Assembly (NCBI GenBank): GCA_963812155.1
Contig: CAWETW010000003.1
Location: forward strand, 320,001-384,000
Direction: 5' to 3'
DNA: 64,000 nucleotides
Source: Vulcanimicrobiota bacterium
GTDB taxonomy: Bacteria; Vulcanimicrobiota; Vulcanimicrobiia; Vulcanimicrobiales; Vulcanimicrobiaceae
Shown piece after piece: positions 59,018 through 64,000 of this stretch. The notes under the pieces are model-generated. The model ran no database searches and had not been told where the DNA came from. It was given only the letters and a program-made list of their open reading frames with translations. Position 1 is the first letter of the stretch, and each line of letters begins with the position of its first letter. Both the position numbers and the translations under genes were made by a program.

Positions 59018-60448
59018 ATGCTGAAACGAAACGTGTTGATTGCAACGGCCGCGGCGCTCGCGCTGATCGGCGGAGCGTGTCTCGCGCTGACGACGGCGGC
59101 CTCGCGCTCGGCGATGAACGAGGGCGGCATTCACAAGATCCGGCACGTCGTGATCATCATGCAAGAAAACCGCTCCTTCGATACCTATTTCGGCACGTTT
59201 CCCGGCGCCGACGGCATTCCGATGAAGGACGGCGTTCCCACCGTCTGCATACCGCAGCCGAGCGGTCCGTGCGTACGGCCCTACCGCGATACGCTCGATC
59301 GCAATCGCGGCGGCCCGCACAACTTCGGCGCGGCAAAGAACGACATCAACGGCGGCAAGATGGATGGCTTTCTAACGTCGACGCGCGTCGGCCGAAAGTG
59401 CCGGGGCGTCGACGATCCCAGTTGCGTGAAGCGCGCCGGAAAAGGCGACGTGATGGGGTACCACGACGACCACGACCTTCCGAACTATTGGGCGTACGCG
59501 CGCGATAACGTGCTGCAGGATCGCATGTTCGAAAACATCGCGTCGTGGAGTTTGCCGCAGCATCTGTTCATGGTGTCGGAGTGGTCGGCGAGTTGTCCGC
59601 AACTGCAGGTCGCGATGAGCTGCGTCAACGAGCCGGAGTCGCCGGATCCGCCGGGCGACATGCGCCGCCGGACCGGCACCCGCGGCGAAGGGCGGCCCGA
59701 CTATGCGTGGACCGATCTCACGTATCTGCTCCATCGCGCTCACGTCAGTTGGGCGTACTACGTCATGGCGGGTACCGAGCCCGACTGCGCCAACGGCATC
59801 GACGGCTGCCGTGCGCGACGCCAGAATTCGCGCACGCCGGGGATATGGAACGTCTTACCGGGCTTCGACACCGTTAAAGAGGACGGCGAACTCGGCAACG
59901 TTCAGGATCTGCGCAAATTTTACGCCGCCGCAAAGGACGGCACGCTGCCGAGCGTCGTGTGGATTTGCCCTTCGAACGCGTACAGCGAACATCCGCCCGG
60001 GCTGGTCAGCGCCGGCCAAGCCTACGTGACGGGCTTGGTCAATGCGATTGCACGCGGTCCGGACTGGGACAGCACCGCGATCTTTCTCTCGTGGGACGAC
60101 TGGGGCGGATTCTACGATCACGTTCCGCCGCCGAAGGTCGACGAAAACGGTTACGGCATCCGCGTGCCCGGTATCGTCATCAGTCCTTACGCGCGCCGCG
60201 GTTACATCGACCATCAAGTGCTCAGTCACGACGCGTACGTGAAGTTCATCGAAGACGACTTCTTGAACGCCGAACGCATCGATCCGAAGACGGACGGCCG
60301 CCCCGACCGGCGTCCGGACGTGCGCGAGAACGCCTCGCAGCTGGGCGATTTACGCTCCGACTTCGATTTCAATCAGTCGCCGCGCCGGCCCGAGGTGCTT
60401 CCGAACGGTACCGTCTGGATGGGTACCGGCACCGTTCCGGAACACTGA
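59018..60448 (+). CDS. Secreted phosphoesterase (phospholipase C/acid phosphatase family)
   Basis: [42 protein letters not shown]. Confidence 0.9.
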   Translation: MLKRNVLIATAAALALIGGACLALTTAASRSAMNEGGIHKIRHVVIIMQENRSFDTYFGTFPGADGIPMKDGVPTVCIPQPSGPCVRPYRDTLDRNRGGPHNFGAAKNDINGGKMDGFLTSTRVGRKCRGVDDPSCVKRAGKGDVMGYHDDHDLPNYWAYARDNVLQDRMFENIASWSLPQHLFMVSEWSASCPQLQVAMSCVNEPESPDPPGDMRRRTGTRGEGRPDYAWTDLTYLLHRAHVSWAYYVMAGTEPDCANGIDGCRARRQNSRTPGIWNVLPGFDTVKEDGELGNVQDLRKFYAAAKDGTLPSVVWICPSNAYSEHPPGLVSAGQAYVTGLVNAIARGPDWDSTAIFLSWDDWGGFYDHVPPPKVDENGYGIRVPGIVISPYARRGYIDHQVLSHDAYVKFIEDDFLNAERIDPKTDGRPDRRPDVRENASQLGDLRSDFDFNQSPRRPEVLPNGTVWMGTGTVPEH

Positions 60449-60488
60449 CTCGACATAAATAGAGCGGAGCCTCCGGTCGCGGTGACGA

Positions 60489-61685
60489 TCAGACGCCGGC
60501 GGCTTGACGCAGCGGCTCGAGCGGCTCGAATTCTTGCGGCGGGATCATTCCCGTGTTCGCAATCTGCGCGATGAGGGCGGCGATCCGGCGCGAACTGCGG
60601 CGCGGCGCGACGATTTCTTGATTGTGGCGGATCGCGGCGAGGCGCTCGGGCATGCGAATCATCGAGCGCACGGCTTCGACGACCTGCGACGCTCCGCCGA
60701 TGGCGACCTCGCCGAGCCCGTTGTGACGAACGAAATCGAGGTTACCGCGTTCCTGTCCCGGCACGTAATCGTAGACGATGACCGGCAACTGTGCGGCGTT
60801 GGCTTCGGCCAGCGTGCCGGGCCCCGCTTTGGTGACGAGCAGATCGACGGCGCGAAAATACTCGGGAATCTTGTCGGTGAACCCGAGCACTTGCATCGGC
60901 GTCGGCAGACTCGCCGACATTTCGGCGAGCTTCTGCTGCAAATGTTCGTTGCGCCCGCAGACGACGACGAGATGCACCGGCAGCCGCGCGCGCGCCAGCG
61001 CGAGCGTCGTCGAGAGCAGTTTCCCGCCGCCCTCGCCGCCGGCCATGAGCATCACGACCATATCGTCGGCGGGCAGGCCGAGGGCGGCGCGTAATTCGGC
61101 AACCGTCCCGGTCACGTCGTCGAACTTCGGATGAATCGGATGTCCGAGCAGGCGCAGGCTCGCGGGCGGCACGCCGCGCGACAGCGCGCGCTGGAAGACC
61201 TCGCGCGCCGGCACGACGACCGCGTCGGCGTCGGCGACGAGCCACGATTCGTGGACCTTGCCGAGATCGGTGATGACGGTGACGATCGGCACGTGCTGCA
61301 TGTGCGCGTCGGCGCGCGCACGCAGCGCTGCGTGGTTGAGCAGCGGGTGGACCGAGACGATCACGTCGGGCTGATAGCTGATGAACAGATCGCGCAGCCG
61401 CTCGCGGTAGAGCGGCTCGCAGAAGCGAATCAGCGCCTTGTAGCGCCGGCGTCCGTTGGTTGCATAGTAGAGCGCGCCGTAGACCGGCGGCGCGTAGCGC
61501 AGCGCCATGCTATAGCCGAGCCCGAGTTGGGTGAGCGGGAAGGAGCAGTGGGCGGCAACGTCTTCGATCCGATGCGTAAAGGAGAAGGGCGTCGTGATCT
61601 CGTCGAGGGCGGCGGTAATCGCGTTGGCAGCGCTGCGGTGGCCGCCTCCGGTATCCGAGATCAAGAACATTGCCCGCTTGGTCAT
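60489..61685 (-). CDS. MGDG-synthase/UgtP-like diacylglycerol glycosyltransferase (GT28)
   Basis: DTGGGHRSAA, PDVIVSVHP, TVITD, GGEG, TKAGPGTLAE, PGQERGN. Confidence 0.88.
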   Translation of the reverse strand: MTKRAMFLISDTGGGHRSAANAITAALDEITTPFSFTHRIEDVAAHCSFPLTQLGLGYSMALRYAPPVYGALYYATNGRRRYKALIRFCEPLYRERLRDLFISYQPDVIVSVHPLLNHAALRARADAHMQHVPIVTVITDLGKVHESWLVADADAVVVPAREVFQRALSRGVPPASLRLLGHPIHPKFDDVTGTVAELRAALGLPADDMVVMLMAGGEGGGKLLSTTLALARARLPVHLVVVCGRNEHLQQKLAEMSASLPTPMQVLGFTDKIPEYFRAVDLLVTKAGPGTLAEANAAQLPVIVYDYVPGQERGNLDFVRHNGLGEVAIGGASQVVEAVRSMIRMPERLAAIRHNQEIVAPRRSSRRIAALIAQIANTGMIPPQEFEPLEPLRQAAGV

Positions 61686-61696
61686 TCGCTCTCCCG

Positions 61697-62227
61697 TCAG
61701 GCTCGAGCCGGCGTCGTCTGCGTACTCCCGCGCAGCGCCGCATTCCGCTTCCGACGGCTCGTCGGGGCCAGCCTGGCGATCAGCGCTCGTGCCGGAGCGT
61801 CGTAGAATCGGAAGATGTCGCCAAACTCGATATCGGGGTTTCGGTGATGGGCGTCGTGGTCCTCGGGAATCACGACTCCCAGGGGGCGCAGCACGGCACG
61901 CACCGCCGGCGGCGTCGTCCAACCGAGATCGGTGGTGTGCCGCCACCACACGTGGAGCTGGCCCAGCGCCAGGCCGCCTAGTGCTCCTTGCCAAGAGAGT
62001 CGCGACAGAACGGCTGCGGCGGCAAGATAGGGCAGCGCTCCCAAGGCGCCGTCGGCCAATACGCCGGGGTCGCGCGAGAGCACGGCGTGATCCCAATAGG
62101 AGCGCCGGCGGTCGTGATGCGTGCGCAGGTGCAGCGTGAACCATAGATGCTGAGGCACGTGATAGAAGAAGGTCGAAGCGAAGTCGCCTAGGACCAGCGT
62201 GGCGACGGCCGCCGCAACGATGAGCAT
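61697..62227 (-). CDS. Sterol desaturase/fatty-acid hydroxylase family protein
   Basis: His boxes YHVPQH, HLRTHH, HVWWRH, HDAHH. Confidence 0.75.
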   Translation of the reverse strand: MLIVAAAVATLVLGDFASTFFYHVPQHLWFTLHLRTHHDRRRSYWDHAVLSRDPGVLADGALGALPYLAAAAVLSRLSWQGALGGLALGQLHVWWRHTTDLGWTTPPAVRAVLRPLGVVIPEDHDAHHRNPDIEFGDIFRFYDAPARALIARLAPTSRRKRNAALRGSTQTTPARA

Positions 62228-62318
62228 GCAAAGCACCTCTCTAGAACGCAGTTATACCCACAATGCGCTTGCAAAGCGGGCGCTCCTATGTGCGGTTTTG
62301 TGGACGTGCGGGTGCTCG

Positions 62319-62930
62319 ATGCCGCACCGCGCGATCACGGGTTTCTACGACAGACCTCGCTTGGCGAGGGCGCTCGACGACGCGTTGAGCCGGCCCTTTC
62401 CCGGCGGTTCCGGCGCGCTCGCCGGCGGCCGGCTTCTGCGCGACGGCCCGCCGGTGCGCCAGCCGGAGTTGGCGATCGCTCGCGCGATCCTCGCAACCAA
62501 TCCGCGGGTCGCCGAAGCGTACGCACTCCTGCTCGCCGTCGAAACGGCGAACGCCGCTCGCGCCGCCGCATTGCCGCCGGAGTTTTTGGCGGCGACGCTG
62601 CTGCAAGAGTCGGCGTACGACGATCAGGCGCTTTCGGCGGCCGGTGCCATCGGCATCGCGCAGTTCATGCCCGAGACGGCGGCCGGCATCGGCGTCGATC
62701 CGTACGATCCGTTTTCGGCGATCGGCGGAGCGGCGGCGCTGCTCGGGTCGTATGCAACCGCGTATCGCACGCGATACGCCGATCCGTATGCGGCTGCGCT
62801 GGCCGCCTACAATGCCGGTCCGCTGGCCGTCGAACGGTACGGTGGCGTGCCGCCCTACCGGGAAACGCGCGATTACGTCGCGCTCGTTTTCGATCGCTGG
62901 GCGCGCATCGTCTCGTACGAGCGTTCGTAG
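62319..62930 (+). CDS. Lytic transglycosylase (SLT domain)
   Basis: QES, GAIGIAQFMPETA, ALAAYNAG, PPYRETRDYV; start uncertain. Confidence 0.85.
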   Translation: MPHRAITGFYDRPRLARALDDALSRPFPGGSGALAGGRLLRDGPPVRQPELAIARAILATNPRVAEAYALLLAVETANAARAAALPPEFLAATLLQESAYDDQALSAAGAIGIAQFMPETAAGIGVDPYDPFSAIGGAAALLGSYATAYRTRYADPYAAALAAYNAGPLAVERYGGVPPYRETRDYVALVFDRWARIVSYERS

Positions 62931-62992
62931 GTGCGTCCGCCCCGAGGTGGAAGCAGTTCCTCGCAAAATCGTCTGCCGCAGGAGGTCGTTCG

Positions 62993-63472
62993 ATGTCGCG
63001 GTCTTTTTCCGTTACGGTCGCCTTCGCAGCGCTGCTCGCCGTAAGCGGCTGTGGATTCAACAGCAGTCCCGCCGACAACATCACCTTCAAGGCACCGGCG
63101 GGCTGGCAGGCCTCACCCGGCATCATGGGCTTCATGCAGCTATGGAAAGCGCCCGGGGGCCGCGACGAAGTGCTGATGCTGTTTCGCTCGCCCAAGCAAA
63201 TCGCGACGAGCGACGTCATGAGCAGTGCCAATGTCAAGGACGCGCGCATAGAGTCCGAGCAGCGCGTCACGATCTGCGGCAACCAGTCCGCCGAATTCCT
63301 GAAGGCGCAAGGCAGCGCGCACGGCGTAGGGTCGAAAGCTGACAGCAGCAACGTCGAGACGATGGTCAGCAACACCGGCGGAGCGACCTACATGGCGATG
63401 TACGTCTATCCGATCGGCGGCGTGCCGAACGCCGAGGCCACCGCGGCACTGCGCGAGCTCTGCGCGAAATAG
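62993..63472 (+). CDS. Lipoprotein
   Basis: GGAGG RBS; VSGC lipobox. Confidence 0.7.
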   Translation: MSRSFSVTVAFAALLAVSGCGFNSSPADNITFKAPAGWQASPGIMGFMQLWKAPGGRDEVLMLFRSPKQIATSDVMSSANVKDARIESEQRVTICGNQSAEFLKAQGSAHGVGSKADSSNVETMVSNTGGATYMAMYVYPIGGVPNAEATAALRELCAK

Positions 63473-63500
63473 CGCGCACCGTCTGGCGTCGCGCCGGCCG

Positions 63501-64000
63501 ATGAGCGTTCTCAAGCAGCTTTTCGCCAGACAGCCGCTCGGCTGGACGGCATCCGAGCACGAAGGGCCGGCGCTGCGACGGGTTCTCGGGTGGCCCGCGC
63601 TCACGGCGATTGGTCTGGGCACGATGCTGGGCGGCATCTTTCCGACCATCGGCGCGGGTGCGCACGCGGCCGGTCCGGGCGTCATCCTGGCGTACGTCGC
63701 TTCCGGTTTAGTGAGCCTGTGCGTCGCGCTCTGCTACGCGGAGTTCGCCTCAATGGTGCCCGTCGCCGGAAGCGCCTATACGTACGCGTACGCAACACTC
63801 GGCGAACTCGTGGCGTGGGTCATCGGCTGGGACTTGATTCTCGAGTACGGCCTCTCGCTGGCGCCGACGGCGTCCTCGCTTTCCGATTACTTTCAGCACA
63901 TGCTGGCCAACGTCGGAATCGTGTTTCCGTCGTGGGCGCAGACCGCTAACATCGGCGGCGCACATCCGCAGATCGACGTCTTCGCCGCGCTGGTGACGCT
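63501..64000 (+). CDS. APC-family amino acid permease, 3' truncated by the window
   Basis: MSVLKQLFAR...LCYAEFASMVPVAGSAYTYAYATLGE...WDLILEY. Confidence 0.9.
   Translation, partial: MSVLKQLFARQPLGWTASEHEGPALRRVLGWPALTAIGLGTMLGGIFPTIGAGAHAAGPGVILAYVASGLVSLCVALCYAEFASMVPVAGSAYTYAYATLGELVAWVIGWDLILEYGLSLAPTASSLSDYFQHMLANVGIVFPSWAQTANIGGAHPQIDVFAALVT

Overview
GC-rich bacterial chromosomal window with about 67 genes. I recognised no rRNA, tRNA, CRISPR array, transposase or prophage. The lipoprotein beta-propellers, TIGR03803-type repeat protein, several phosphoesterases and BTAD-ATPase regulator suggest Candidatus Eremiobacterota (inference only). Main contents: an ECF sigma/anti-sigma pair; a GH20-permease-peptidase-methyltransferase-hydantoinase operon; a NanE/sugar-kinase operon; an A2-type caa3 oxidase with ctaA/ctaB; a partner-switching (PP2C/STAS/RsbW-like) module; TopIB, UdgX and prfC. 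Two regulatory patterns stand out when the DNA is read directly. (1) A SARP/STAND regulator sits beside two small genes with identical promoter geometry: heptamer-4 nt-heptamer-8 nt-TAnGCT-6 nt-start codon. (2) A SigB/SigF-like promoter, G[T/A]TT..-N14-GGGTA, recurs in front of about seven stress-type genes. A ~155-bp inverted-repeat element lies at 27.3-27.45 kb. Two zones (about 9.2-13.7 kb and 50.1-52.6 kb) carry dense indels that look like assembly errors.
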